The position numbers and the translations under genes are program-made. Shown here piece after piece: positions 11,461-24,630 of a stretch of 64,000 nucleotides of DNA; the stretch's first letter is position 1; each line of letters starts with the position of its first letter. This DNA comes from Octopus sinensis (lineage: Eukaryota), in the NCBI RefSeq assembly GCF_006345805.1, contig NW_021833065.1, forward strand, positions 599,431-663,430, written 5' to 3'. Under the pieces are notes generated by a model, which did no database searches, had not been told where the DNA came from, and worked only from the letters and a program-made list of their open reading frames with translations.

Positions 11461-11539
11461 TTTTACCACTTATTTGTTTCAGATGTGTAGAGTGGCTGTA
11501 GAAATACAGGAGGTTTTAAAAAGATAACGATAAACGTCG

Positions 11540-11995
11540 CCCTTTTCAAGCCTAGCCAGGCTCATGGGCCCGGTTTCCCGGTTTCTGTGGCGTATGTGTT
11601 TCCCCCATTACAGCGTTACTCAAGAAACAGGAAGAGAGAGTGAGAGAAAGTCGTGGAGCCTCTTAGATGTTTTCGCTCAATAAACACACACAACGTCCGG
11701 TCTGAGAATCGAAACTGCGATCCTCCGACCGCGAGTCCGCTACCCTAACCACTGGGCCATTGCGCCTCTACTTCCCTTTTAAAGCCTAGCCAGGCTCATG
11801 GGTCCGGTTTCCCGGTTTCTATGGTGTATGTTTTCCCCAGCTGGGGAACACATTTTTGCCAGCTGAGTGGACTGGAGCAACGTGAAATGAAGTGTTTTGC
11901 TCAAGAACACAACGCGTCGCCCGGTCCAGGAATCGAAACCACAATCTTACGATCATGATGCTGACACACTAACCACTAAGCCACGCGCCTCCACG
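11540..11995 (-). mobile_element. Two adjacent tRNA-derived SINEs sharing the aagcctagccaggctcatggg 3' region
   Basis: Two heads, at ~11770 (ggcgcaatggcccagtggttagg) and ~11993 (ggaggcgcgtggcttagtggttag), each followed by the same 3' segment. Confidence 0.75.
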
Positions 11996-12820
11996 TTTAA
12001 AAAAAAAATACAGAATTTATATATGACACATTTAAAAGTATTGTATATAACCACCTTGCTGCAACATATTCAAATACTCTAGATCACACCCAAAAAGTTT
12101 CTATCGCTTGTTGGAATCGACTCACTCACTAACAATCCCCTACTACTTATCTATCAAATTTTCTAAGAGGAATATAAAAATAAAGGTACAGTCTGCCCAC
12201 CCATCTGCCTGCCTGTACGCCTGCTGTCTGCTTGTGTGCCTGTCTGATCTCTTCTATTCTTAATTATTTGAAGTCCTGTCAGGAAGGAGCTAGTTTCTAA
12301 TAAAGATACAAAGCTCCATCGTTGGAATGTAGATAAAAACGATGTCGCATGTTGAACTTGAGAAAAGTTTTGCATAATTTTACCGTTCCGTTTTACAGAT
12401 TGTATTTGTACTGTACGTGTTATCTAGTTGATTTCTTTTTCTAAAACCCAGCTTTTCCACATTGTCATTTTCGCATTTACTAGCAAAATCAAGTTAACCA
12501 ACTCTTATTTGTATAAATGTGAATTTAAATTCTGGGGATAGAAGCTGAAGATTTCGAAGCAGTTATCTGTAGTTATCCTCTTTCTCATTGATTTTCAAAG
12601 AGATATTCACATTAGCAGGGCAACTGATCTCTATGACTGTATATACTTTTCGTATCTGTCCCAAACAACTGTATGTGGTTTGTTATGATTGCGCTTGCTA
12701 GGAGTTCTGGTGGGAATGCTTTACAAATATTCTTTGCGCTGATGTTTTTATGTGTATTCAATAACTGGGTGATTCTCTATATTAATGAAAGAATAGTCTT
12801 TTTTCTCAGATGGCAATGTA

Positions 12821-13294
12821 CCGTAAATCCTCGAGTATAATCCGATTTTTTTCCCCCAAAATTTAAAGGTCAAAATCCCTAGTGCGTATTATATACGAGG
12901 TTAAAAATGAAAATTATTTTCTAAGCAATATCCGAGTCTCGATTTGCTGTCCGACAATGTTTATTCAGACGCATTTTGTGATGTCGGGCGTGAAAATACC
13001 TTAAGCTAAGCAATGCAGTAAGCAACATTTATTAAACGTTATTACTGTTATTTCTTTATTTTCTGCAAACAAAATGCACAAAAAAGCTACACGTTTGCAT
13101 TATGTTATATATACAATAATATAGGACGGTACCGTATACATTTTTACAAACCAAGGACGTTATATAGACCTCCTTGACTAAAGTTAGAGAAGGGGTGCGT
13201 ATTATAGACAAGGTTTAGGTTTTTCAGAGGTACAGCCCCCTAAAAATCCCCTGCGTATTATACTCAAGGGCGGACTATACTCGAGGATTTATGG
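12821..13294. mobile_element. pogo/Tigger-like MITE
   Basis: TIRs ccgtaaatcctcgagtataatccg / cggactatactcgaggatttatgg flanked by TA on both sides, with repeated subterminal tgcgtattata motifs. Confidence 0.88.
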
Positions 13295-13768
13295 TATATT
13301 GTTTTAGTGATAACGTGACGTCACATTGAGAGATATGTACCATGATGACATTTATGAACAGCTGCATATCATCCATGGAAATATCATCCATGGAAATATC
13401 ATCCATGGAAATATAACAATCTATATTTTCGGTTGCTTGTTGGGGCTCCAAAGGGCTTCACTGTCACTTTTGTTTATTGGGTATTTTGTGACCATCACGT
13501 GCTTTTGATTGCAAACGCGTAACTTCAAATTGTGATGTGATGTAGTAGTCTCGAGTTCAAGGAAGGCTGCACTTCATATCGACATAAGAATAATCTTCAA
13601 GTCTTTGGGAATCAAACCCGCGCATAGTCTTTTTTCAGTTGCTGAGTATTTTTCATCTAGGTCTTTTTGAGGTATGTTAGTCCAGTTGTTTTGGAGTTGT
13701 ATAGGAAGTCATCAGGAAGAGAGAGCTTTTGGATATTATTCTTTTCGCTTTTCATCACTAGGTTGGTT

Positions 13769-13834
13769 TATGTATGTATGTATGTATGTATGTATGTATG
13801 TATGTATGTATGTATGCATGCATGCATGCATGCA

Positions 13835-13881
<47 letters not shown>

Positions 13882-13943
13882 ATGTATGTATGTATGTATG
13901 TATGTATGTATGTATGTATGTATGTATGTATGTATGTATGTAT
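13769..13943. repeat. Compound microsatellite (TATG)n(CATG)n(TCTG)n(TATG)n
   Basis: Direct reading; source of the MYVC-type spurious ORFs. Confidence 0.97.
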
Positions 13944-14199
13944 CACCAACAAACGAATGAATGAACCTCTATGTAGCCACTCGACCTATTAGAAATAGCG
14001 GCCAAATTTCTCTTAAATCATAATCTACTGATATTTTTAAAGTAGGAAAGTATTAGCTAATGCAATCCAGGATAAAGTGCCTGAAAAAAAAACTGTATGG
14101 CGATAAATAGAATATCTTTGTTCATAACATTGCTTGGCCAGGTTCGACCTGGGACTAACCAATAACATACCGAATAGCGCTACAGTGTGCCCACCTCAC

Positions 14200-14990
14200 T
14201 ATTTCTCTTATACACCGACAACCTATTTGCTGTCACCTCATGCAATGCCCATGCCTCCGCAATTGACATCACTCTTCATTCTTCTTTAGCCTTCCGCAGC
14301 TAAACCTCTTCCATGTGCAATCTTGACACTTCATGCCAAATTCGCTCTGATTTACATGAAAAGAGACCGCAAACACATTCACAAGAGGGGACGCGCCAAA
14401 TTTTGTCTTCTTTAGCACATAAATACTTAATGCACAAATACACAATCACAGCACACATCCAAAAAATTATTAGCCCTCTCCATGCCAGTACGATCAATAA
14501 ACAATTAGAAACCTCTAATTCGCTACAGAACTTCTGCTGACTCTTCCGCCACAACTTTCTCTCACTCTTTTCTCCTGTATCTTGCAGCTCACCTGCGACG
14601 GATCGGTGTCCCGTCCAGGTGGGGGAAACCTATACGTCAAGGAAACCGGGAAACCGGCCCTATGAGCTAAGCGTGGCTCGAAAAGGAACAAACAATTCGC
14701 TACAGATGACAGACCTCACCAGCACTGAAGATCTTTTCTTATGGATGCATATCCTCAACATAACTAAAATTACTTTACAAAGACTAACCTTCTGTATCAA
14801 AACCAGAAAATACTTTATCCCTCAACATCTACAAACTCTCTACGATGTTCAGGTGAGACTTCCAGTGGGGTACTGCTTCCACGCTTGCATTGCTTTGGAA
14901 AAACAACAACAACAACAACAACAAAAAATAAACAAACACTAGACTGATTATAAAAAGTCGCTCATTAGCACATTCAACCTCTTTCTATTG
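14200..14990 (+). pseudogene. CR1/Jockey-like LINE RT remnant, interrupted by a SINE fragment
   Basis: Peptide KTRKYFIPQHLQTLYDVQVRLPVGYCFH resembles the post-RT motif R.YF....L.TLYK.QVRP.MEYC.H. A SINE 3' half lies at ~14545-14692. Confidence 0.6.
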
Positions 14991-15001
14991 CTACCACATT
15001 A

Positions 15002-15269
15002 ATAAAATAAAATAAAATAATGGCACCCTTTAAAAGCCTAGCCAGGATCATGGGCCCGGTTTCCCGGTTTCTATGGCGTATGTGTTCACCAGCTGGACGG
15101 GACGCCAGTCCATCGCAGTGTTACTCATTTTTGCCAGCTGAGTGGACTGGAGCAACGTGAAATGAAGTGTTTTGCTCAAGAACACAACGCGTCGCCCGGT
15201 CCAGGAATCGAAACCACAATCTTACGATCATGGTGCTGTCACCCTAACCACTAAGTCACGCGCCTCCAC
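15002..15269 (-). mobile_element. Full-length tRNA-derived CORE-type SINE with 15-bp TSD
   Basis: A box tggcttagtgg-like, B box ggtttcgattcc, (ttatt)n tail, and TSD attgctaccacatta at 14987-15001 and 15270-15284. Confidence 0.92.
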
Positions 15270-15645
15270 ATTGCTACCACATTAGCTTCTACTTAACGAA
15301 GTAAATGAAAACTATTGTAGTACAAACATCTAAATAGCGAAGAATATTTATTTCAAGGGAGCAAAATCGTTTAAAAGTTGATTCCCTTTACAAAATATTC
15401 TGAGTGATCGATACTATATTCTAGCAGTCATTTTTTGTAACGATACAGTATTTCTGTACAAGCAATTACGCGTCCATAACACAGCGACTAAGTTTACAAC
15501 TTGGTTGAAGCACCCAGTTGTAGCAATTTTAATTAATGTACATTAAAAATAAAAATCTCATTTGTAAACTCAAACGTATATACGCACACATGCGCATGTA
15601 CACTTGCACTTGCTTGCACATAAACAATAACACACACACACAGAG

Positions 15646-15729
<84 letters not shown>

Positions 15730-15955
15730 AAAACTAACAGACATCTTGAAAATGAAATACAGCTATGCATATTGTAATAATCATATATATCAAGTCGTTT
15801 ATGAGTTAGTTCCTGTTATGTAACAAGTTGCCGTTAAATTCAACCTATTAGATGCACTCCTCTGCTATCTTCAAAATCAAGTTTTTCCCCTTTTAGTAAA
15901 AAAAAAAAAAATAGAAAGAAAAAGAAAAATATACTGGAGCATAATAGTGTAATAA

Positions 15956-16935
15956 GGCTGCCAAAATCCTTAGAATGCAGGACAAAATGCTTAGCGGCAT
16001 TTCGTCTATCTGTTTGTTCTAAGTTCAAATTCCGACCAGGTCGACTTTGTCTTTCATCCTTTTAGGATCGATAAAATAAGTACCGTTCAAGTACTAGGGT
16101 CGATGAAATCGAATGACCCCCCCCTATCTCCCCTTATCAAAAAAAAAAAAAAAAAATTCTCGCCGTGTGCCTATAGTTAGAGGGAAGGCGGCGGCAAGCT
16201 AGTAGAGTCGGTAGCACACCGGACAAAATGCTCAGCGTCGTTTTTTCCAGCTTTACGTTCTGCGTTCAAATTCTGCTGAGGTCGACTTTTCGTTTCATCT
16301 TTTGGGGTCGATGTACTGGGATCACTCAAAATTTTAAGCCTTGTGTTTATACTGCTTAGTAGCATTTCGTCCATCTGTTCTAAGTTCAAATACCGCCCAG
16401 GTCGACTTTGTCTTTCATCCTTTTAGGATCGATAAAATAAGTACCGTTCAAGTACTAGGGTCGATGAAATCGAATGACCCCCACTATCTCCCCATATCAA
16501 AAAAAAAAGGGAAGGCGGCGGCGAGCTAGTAGAGTCGGTAGCACGCCGGACAAAATGCTCAGCGGTGTTTTTTTCCAGCTTTACGTTCTGTGTTCAAATT
16601 CTGCTGAGGTCGACTTTTCGTTTCATCTTTTGGGGTCGATAAAAATAAGTACCAGTTAAGGCCTAGGTTCGATGTACTGGGATCACTCAAAACTTTAAGA
16701 CTTGTGTTTATACTAGAAAGAATTAAAGGCGGCGAGCTGGGGGAATATTTAACACGTCGGGCAAAATGCTTAGCGGCATTTCGTCTGTCTACGTTCTGAG
16801 TTCAAATTCTGCCGAGGTCAGCTTTGCCTCTCATCCTTTCGGGGTCGATAAAATAAATATCATTTGAGCATTGACCTCGATGTAATCGCCTTACATTATT
16901 ACCATAAATCACTGGCCATGTGCCAATATTTAAAA
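15956..16935 (+). mobile_element. Cluster of five Nin-domain-type tRNA SINEs, including a local ~365-bp tandem duplication
   Basis: Repeated ggcggcgagct...gttcaaattc...gtcgactttgcctttcatcct...gtcgataaaataagtacc units. 15989-16352 and 16353-16715 share private variants such as gtaccgttcaagtactaggg. Confidence 0.85.
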
Positions 16936-16960
16936 CCATTGTAAATTTTTAATGTTAAGG

Positions 16961-17070
16961 CGTGATTGATCAATCATTCATGTATGTGTGTGTGTGTACA
17001 CGCGCACACGCGCATACACACACACACACACACACACGCGCACACACACATGAATGATTGATCAATCACG
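16961..17070. repeat. Short perfect inverted repeat enclosing (TG)n/(CA)n
   Basis: cgtgattgatcaatcattcatgt ... acatgaatgattgatcaatcacg (23-bp perfect arms, extended by TG/CA pairing). Confidence 0.9.
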
Positions 17071-17188
17071 GGCATTAGGTAGACTACGATACTTCTAGCT
17101 TCATGGACTTTACAACTGAATCAAAGGGAAATAACTAATCGATATAGCTCTTTCAGGAAGTTACTTCCATTGATCTCTCTCTCTCTCG

Positions 17189-17258
<70 letters not shown>

Positions 17259-18247
17259 TATGTCACCACACACATTACATATAACACCACGGCTTTGTCA
17301 CTGTTTTGCTTGCATACAGGAACCCATTACCGCATATTACACATATATATGCAAGAAATATAAAAGGGGAAATAACTCTTGAAAGGAAAAAGTTGTTTAA
17401 AATTTTAGCAGCTTGCATTAAAAAAAAATATGGGTAGGGGATTAGTCCATTACAACATCGCCCCTACTGCTATACTGGCACATTATTTCATCTACGCCGA
17501 AAGGATGAAAGGTAAAGTTGATCTTAGTGGGGTTTGAACTCAGAACATGAAGAGCCGGAAGAAATGCTGTTAAGCTTTTTGTTCGACGCACTGATAATTC
17601 TGAGCATTCGTTGTTTTTCGCAGAAAACGATATTAGCGAAATATACTACTCAATACTTTCACGGTAGACAAACGCAAATTCAACTTTTTATGGTAGAGAA
17701 ACGCACGTTTTGTTTCTTGCAAACTCTTCTTGATATCCACTGTCGATAGATTTTTTCACTTTCAAGGGACAGAACTCCGACAAACTCAAACACCGTTGAT
17801 ATTGATATATAAGAATAGAAAAAAAAGAATAAAACTTCAATGTTTGGGCTATAGTGCTATATATAAGAGGTATGACACACAGAAAATAAATTATTGGGGG
17901 ACTCTTTGTGCGGACAACGGAATGAGAACAATTTACTTTCGTAGATTTAATAAAATGTTCGGTTCGAAATTCCAAGGAAGTTACCTGATATGATAGCTAG
18001 AAATGTTCTGACTTTAACAATCAAGATGAAGATACTAGCCCCAATCTATCAGTGCATAGTATTTATTTCTAGCACAAGCGCAGGGCCGGAAATTTGTTTA
18101 TTTAGTACTTGTCTGGTACTTAATTCATCATTTTCGGAAAGATAACGAACAAGATTAACATGTGTGGTATTTGAATGCATAGTTCTAAAAGGACATTATT
18201 AGGTATCTCTTCTACCAACTCCGTCGTCTATCGTCTTTAAATTAGAA

Positions 18248-18663
18248 TATTGTTTCTCAACCATATTTTACATATGGACTCCTTGATTACTATTTCATTC
18301 CGCAGGATCCCCACGCCATTCAATGTTTCAAAAACTAGTTTTATAGGTACTTCTTCCAAGATTCCCATTTTGTTTTTTACATGTTCATTTACGTATGTAA
18401 AAAACAAAACAAAACAAAAACAAACAAACAAACAAACCCCAAAACAAACAAATGTTGAACTATGTTAAGCCTTAGAGAGAGAAAGAACCAAAAAACAAAA
18501 AAAAAACAACTGTTTATTGCAATAAATACATCTAAAACAAAACTTTTTCATAGATCCTTAAAATAATATTGTGGATCCCCCAAATACCATTTTGCTTGCG
18601 TAGATCCTTCGAAATCTTATATGGACACCCAGAGGACATATAAACCCTGGTTTAGAACAACTG
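18248..18663. mobile_element. hAT (Charlie-like) MITE with 8-bp TSD
   Basis: Degenerate TIRs tattgtttctcaacc / ggtttagaacaactg (hAT consensus cagtggttctcaacc), with perfect TSD aattagaa at 18240-18247 and 18664-18671. Confidence 0.8.
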
Positions 18664-18992
18664 AATTAGAATATTAAAATGTTATTCCCAGTTAGGTATG
18701 TCTGGAAAAAAATGCAATTGTGTCATATACACTTGTTCCTTTTTCGAAAGAGAGGAGAGAAAACTTTCTGATAAATTGGAATTATTTTAAGTGTTACAGA
18801 GTAAATAACGAGGATTGCAATAGAGAGCCCTTTGTATGAGAAAGGGTGTTATGTAAACACTGAAGAGAATTCGTTCCGTGTGTGTATGTACAGTAGGGGT
18901 GCAGTAATCTACTGAAAACTTGACTCAGCCGAGAGCTTCGACCACAGTTGAATGAAAGCAACCACATATAAAGAAGAGACATATCTAAATGT

Positions 18993-19027
<35 letters not shown>

Positions 19028-20354
19028 CCAGGCCAGCAATTTTAAGGCAAGTGGGTAATCTTAAGGTAAGTTGATTATACCAGTTGACCAGTGCTCACCT
19101 GGTATTTATTTCATCGACCTGAAAAGGATGAATGGCAAAGTCGACCTCGGCTTATTGTATTCAGTACTTGGATGCACTACAACTAACCAGAAAAATTCAA
19201 AAGAGGTGACAGAAAACAGATACAAGTCAAATAAAGACCGGTAGTAATGAAAGCTAGATGTACGTGTACAGTACTCAGAATAAAAATCAAAAACAAAAAC
19301 AGAAAGAAGTGACCGCTGAAAGAGTCATAAAGAGGTCTATAGGCACGTCAGAAGTAATGTCGGCGAATTTTAGGAAGGAAGGATTTTTGAAGGATGCAGT
19401 ATCCTGACAGCGAATAACTGAGACAAGTAATTTGTTCCATGATTCGACAATTCCTCCATGTTGACGTTTAAGTTGAAGTGTTTATTGCATAGCTGACAGA
19501 GACGAACAAATTATGAGAATTTGGTGGTAGGTATAGTAGATGTGGGATTAAAACAATAATCAAAATCAGACGGAAAAAAAAACCTTGATAAAAGTCGAAG
19601 GGAGGTAACTACGCAATACTCATAAACGGAATGTAGTCCTTCACAGACTGTTACGACAGATGTAGTAGAATATCTTCACAGATTAAGTCATAGCAATGCA
19701 ACGAAGCTTTAATAGTATATGATACAAAAAAGTGTACGAAATAATACAAAAGTGAATATAATGGTACATCTGCATTTTAAATGGTTATAATTATTCTATC
19801 ATTTTATCACAATTGTTGCGATGAAAGAGCTCTCCAGTTATCTCCCTTACAAACTCAGAATGTGAGAATGATAAAAATGACTTGCTTTAAAGTATCCATC
19901 CACCTCTCTCTCGCTATCTCCCTCCTTCTCTCTCTCTCTCTAAAAAATATGAATCAAGCAAAAATCTATTTGATTGAGGAGTACTGAACAAATAGTTTTT
20001 AGTTTCTGACGTTATCACTATGTCAGGCATTTTGGAAGAGGGAACCGTTTATCGACAGTACTTGCTTATTTTAATGATTCTCAAAAAATGAAAAGTACAG
20101 TTGAGCTCAGCGAAATTCGAACTCAGGAGACGAAACTAAACAACCAAAGTACTTTATCCAAAGCTCTACCGATGCTGACAATAAAAGATGTTGCGGACTG
20201 CTTCAATTTCTCTTGGAATATTTGTGTGCAATGCAAGGCAGAGGAATGACTTGATCGTTCGCCGGACAAAATAAGTACCAGTTAAGCACTGGGATCGATG
20301 TAATCGACTTATATCCCTCCCCCGAAATTGCTGGTCTTTATGCCAAAAATTTTG

Positions 20355-20813
20355 GGATCTTTTCGGTTTGAACGGCAGTTTTTTTAAATAATTTCCATAT
20401 AACTAAACACTTTTAAACATCGTATACTGGTAGAATGTGTTTATAGAACATCGTTTTCTCTTGGCTTTATTGAGAAAATTCTATAGTTTGTAAGATATTT
20501 GTTGTTTTTTTTCTTCAATTTCTTCAATTTCAACCAATCAGTGACGTCTATTGAGGTGAAAACATTCTGTGCCGTATAAATATGTCCCTCGTTTAAGAAA
20601 CAGATTGGGTTTATTTACATTTGCGAAAAAAAAAAGATACCCTCACCCCACCCCATACCCTAACCCTAACCCTAAACCCAACCCTAACTAACCCTAATTA
20701 ACCCTAACCCTAAAACAGATTGAAATGCAATAGATCGATACTAGGGTCATAATTATGGGTGACAATTTCATATGACACCGCTAGAAAAACTGCCGTTCAA
20801 ATCGAAAAGATCC
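20355..20813. mobile_element. Merlin-like MITE carrying internal (CCCTAA)n, inserted into a SINE tail
   Basis: 28-bp TIRs ggatcttttcggtttgaacggcagtttt / aaaactgccgttcaaatcgaaaagatcc and 8-bp TSD aaattttg/aaaatttg. The empty site gccaaaatttgaaacc is seen in other SINE copies (~21580, ~39300). Confidence 0.88.
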
Positions 20814-21601
20814 AAAATTTGAAACCAACATTTAACTGTTTCTCTAATCAAAAATATTATCTTCAGAAATATTCATGTTACACTTTTCTACTTTGAAAAT
20901 ACACTTCTAAAATACCTCTCATCTGAGTAATATGAAGCCATTTGACCACATATTGCAATCTCCCGGCCATAGACGGTCTCTCTTCTCTTTGCGATAATTG
21001 GAGCAAGTTAAAGTCGGGAGCTAGCTACTAGACTCATCTATCTGAGATTCGTATCTAATTCTTACGTCCCTCATATTTATTCTTCTAGACACCACTCTAT
21101 TCATTGCAACGAGTTCGTTCATACTGGCTCTCTGAAAATTGTCTTTCTCCCCATCTTTGGCATCATAAGACAGATGCGTTCATTATGGGTAGAACAAACA
21201 TAACATTCTAAAGTCCATGCCGTAAGTTAAGCTATTTACTCATATTCTGAGTATTATAAGAAGGGAAATAACTAAGAAAAGTAACTGGCCTTCAGGGAGG
21301 TAATTCAGTTGTTGCTTTCGTTGTCCCACATCACCCTTATATAAACTATGTATAGAAACATATCACACAAACCTTACTGAGTATATCTTCATCTTTAGAA
21401 TCGTTAGCACGCCGGGCAAAATGCTTAGTAGAATTTCTTCCGTCTTTATGTTCTGAGTTCAAATTCCACTGAGGTCGACTTTGCCATTCATCCTTTCAGA
21501 GTCGATAAAATAAATACCAGTTAAGCACTTGGGTTGATGTAATTGACTTACACTCTCACGGAACTTGCTGGCCGTGTACCAAAATTTGAAACCTATATAT
21601 A

Positions 21602-21979
21602 CACTACCGTCAGAAATTAATTAGCACCCTTGATTTGCTCTTCACTCAAGGTATGTGCTGTCACTTAGTGGCCATATTTCGAACTATTGCTTTGTTGCGA
21701 GTTCACTGTTGCGCAGAACGATGACGTAACTTTGTTTGCAGAGCAGTTTGAGAGTCTACAGCCTTATGATGTTGACATAGCAGTGCAACAACAACTTGGA
21801 GTGCGGATGCAGACAAATTCCTTTGTTTAATAGATATAGGTAGCGCCTCGCAAGGACCGAAATCACACCATACTAAGTTTTCTCATCGCGTAAGACGTTT
21901 TGAACAGCTCATAGGTTAATTGATTTAACCTATTTAATGTAGAAATTTGAGAAGTGCTAATTAATTTCTGACGCAAGTG
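21602..21979. mobile_element. Tc1/mariner-like MITE
   Basis: 26-bp TIRs cactaccgtcagaaattaattagcac / gtgctaattaatttctgacgcaagtg (2 mismatches) with TA flanks. Confidence 0.85.
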
Positions 21980-22002
21980 TATATATATGTATATATGGGT
22001 AA

Positions 22003-22325
22003 AGGACATCACCAGCTGTGTAAACAACATGAAGTACGAAAACAAGCAAGTTAAATACACAAACAACGAGAGAAAAAATGGAAAATAGGACAAGTGACAC
22101 GGAGGACGACCCTTCATCAGTTGTCGACTGTCTATTTACTCTTCATTTCGAGTATTGGACGACAGTATGAGTCTTCTGAATGCTCGAAATGAGGAGTAGA
22201 TAGACAGCCGACAGCTGATGAAGGATCGTTCTCCGTGTTACTTGTCCTGTTTTCCATTTTTTCTTTCGTTGTATTTAACTCCTTTGTTTTCGTACTTCGT
22301 GTTGTTCACACAGTTAGTGACGTCC
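22003..22325. repeat. Imperfect palindrome (~150-bp arms), Penelope-type terminal element
   Basis: 22003-22155 is the diverged reverse complement of 22180-22325 (ccttcatcagttgtc / gacagctgatgaagg). A single arm of the same family occurs at ~51195-51340. Confidence 0.8.
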
Positions 22326-22425
22326 TGTACGAAGGTATCGGCACTTCAAGCATGCTTGAGAAAGGTCGTGTTCGCCCGATATCCCTTGATATAATTATAT
22401 ACATATGTACATTATTATTAATTTA

Positions 22426-22636
22426 ATGTATTAATTGCCTATAAATTTTTATAGTATGCTACTACTATATACTTACTTGGAAATGGAGGCGTGGCGTTCA
22501 ATTAAATAATATTAATAATATATATCCATATATATATATATTAATTCATAAAAGAATATAAGGATAAAAATCACGTTAATGATTTTTATTTATGAAGTAG
22601 TAGCATACTATAAAAATTTATAGGCCATTAATACAT
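22426..22636. repeat. Inverted repeat with 41-bp arms
   Basis: atgtattaattgcctataaatttttatagtatgctactact / agtagtagcatactataaaaatttataggccattaatacat. Confidence 0.85.
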
Positions 22637-22669
22637 ACATACATACAAACACACACACACACACACACG

Positions 22670-22712
<43 letters not shown>

Positions 22713-22989
22713 CACACACACACACACAATATTAAGTAATTATACCCCTACCTTTGATTAAAAGATTATACATTCGCGCCTACACCCTGTCGCCCACAGG
22801 CGCACACGCACACACGCACACACGCACACACGCACGCACACACATACACCCACACATACACACAACACGTCAATTTTGTTAATAAGCTTTGCATTGGTGT
22901 TCGCTCGTACAATTAAGGACTGTGATTTAGGCCTTTTTTTTTGCCGTTATCGCACTACAAGTAAGCTGTTCCATTAGATTCATTTCAAA

Positions 22990-24000
22990 GTGAAATCAAA
23001 CTTATCTATAAATTTGTTTCGTGATTTGGTCGATGATGAAGACTGTGTTCTTGTGACTCACTTTGAACAAGATATTCAGAAAATAATGAATTTCTTCTTC
23101 AGTTTCTGAAATGCTTTCAAACTTACTATTAGTTTGAAGAGGATTAACCTAATGGCTACACATGCTGTGGGAGAGACCTGTGCGGAACCAAATATATTAC
23201 AAGACCATCCTTGATGCTGTAGGTCCTTTTGCGTATTTTGGCAATTCTTTCTCCAGTGATATATCTCAAGATTCCGATTTTAATTTAAGGGTTGAGAAGT
23301 GTTCATTTGTGTTTGGAACACTTGAGAAACAAGTCTGGTCAAACAGGGACTTGAAGCTGTCCACCAAGCTTTGCATTGATGATACTTATCACATCCCTAT
23401 TCTACTCATCTGAGACATGAATCCCGTATTGATGACAGATCAAAATACTCGAGTTATTTCACAAGAAATATTTTAGGCACTTGTGGGGGTAAGCTTTTAC
23501 ACCTGATACAGAAGTCCTAGAAAAAAAAAAAAGCGCGAGTTCTCAATATGGTAGCTCGCCTCGTCAAGTACAAAACACGGCGAATTGGTCATATCACCCG
23601 TTTTGAAGATTCCAGGTTTCTAACGCAATTAATTTATGGAGAATTAGCTTTAGGAAAGCTTCACCAATGCAAGCTGAAGAGAATTAGCTTTAGGAAAGCT
23701 TCACCAATGCAAGCTGAAAAAGAGATTTCATCATATCACAAAAAACAAACTTAAATTCTTGAACATTAGCACTATTCATTGGGAACATCTTGCATTGAAC
23801 GGAAGCGAATGGCGGTTTACAATGAGGAAATTTGAGAAAATTCGAATTGTTTATTAAAAAGTGAAACAGACTGCAAGGTCTACTGGCCATTTTGTACGAT
23901 TGAAAGTCACTAGATAATCTCACATATGCAGTGGTCGCATAATACTGTCACAAGCAGGACTGGTCATCCCTGAAAGGAGACGTATCGAGTGACCAACACG
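22990..24000 (+). pseudogene. RTE (BovB-like) LINE ORF2 3' remnant
   Basis: Peptides VGPFAYFGNSFSSD...RVEKCSFVFGTLEKQVWSNRDLKLSTKLCI and RRIGHITRFEDSRFLTQLIYGEL match the RTE C-terminal RT region. Multiple stops and frameshifts, and a 40-bp tandem duplication at 23639-23718. Confidence 0.85.
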
Positions 24001-24288
24001 AGGTTGTTATAGGCATACAGTTTCAACAGCAACAGCGGAACACTCCTTTATGTCCCAAGGTAGGTTCATATTCTGCTGGGCTGAAAATCCATTTTATACA
24101 AATGCTCAAGGGCAGAGCTGTCGTTGTGTCTTCAGTAAATTATGTGGTAAATTTGTCAGAAGTTTAAAACAAAGCGACGGCTAAGTATTTATCTGAGTGG
24201 TCACGGTAGTAACGCTGTGAAACCTGTTATAGATATATGCCTGCAATAAGAAAGTGACTATGCTGAAAATCGAACTGACCACCATATG

Positions 24289-24630
24289 CATACATACATA
24301 CATACATACATACATACATACATACATAATACATACACACACATACATACATACATACATACATACATACATACACACATACATACATACATACATACAT
24401 ACATACATACATACATACATACATACACACATACATACATACATACATACATACATACATACATACATACATACATACACATACATACATACATACATAC
24501 ATACATACATACATACATACATACATACATACATACATACATACATACATACATACATACATACATACATACATACATACATACATACATACATACATAC
24601 ATACATACGTACATACATACATACACACAC
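24289..24630. repeat. (TACA)n microsatellite
   Basis: Direct reading. Confidence 0.98.

Noticed and set aside
13366-13412. Three copies of a 15-bp unit (atatcatccatggaa)
   Set aside because: Ordinary slippage minisatellite with no further structure.
20650-20715. True telomere or chromosome fusion site
   Set aside because: Short, degenerate, single orientation, and enclosed by MITE TIRs.
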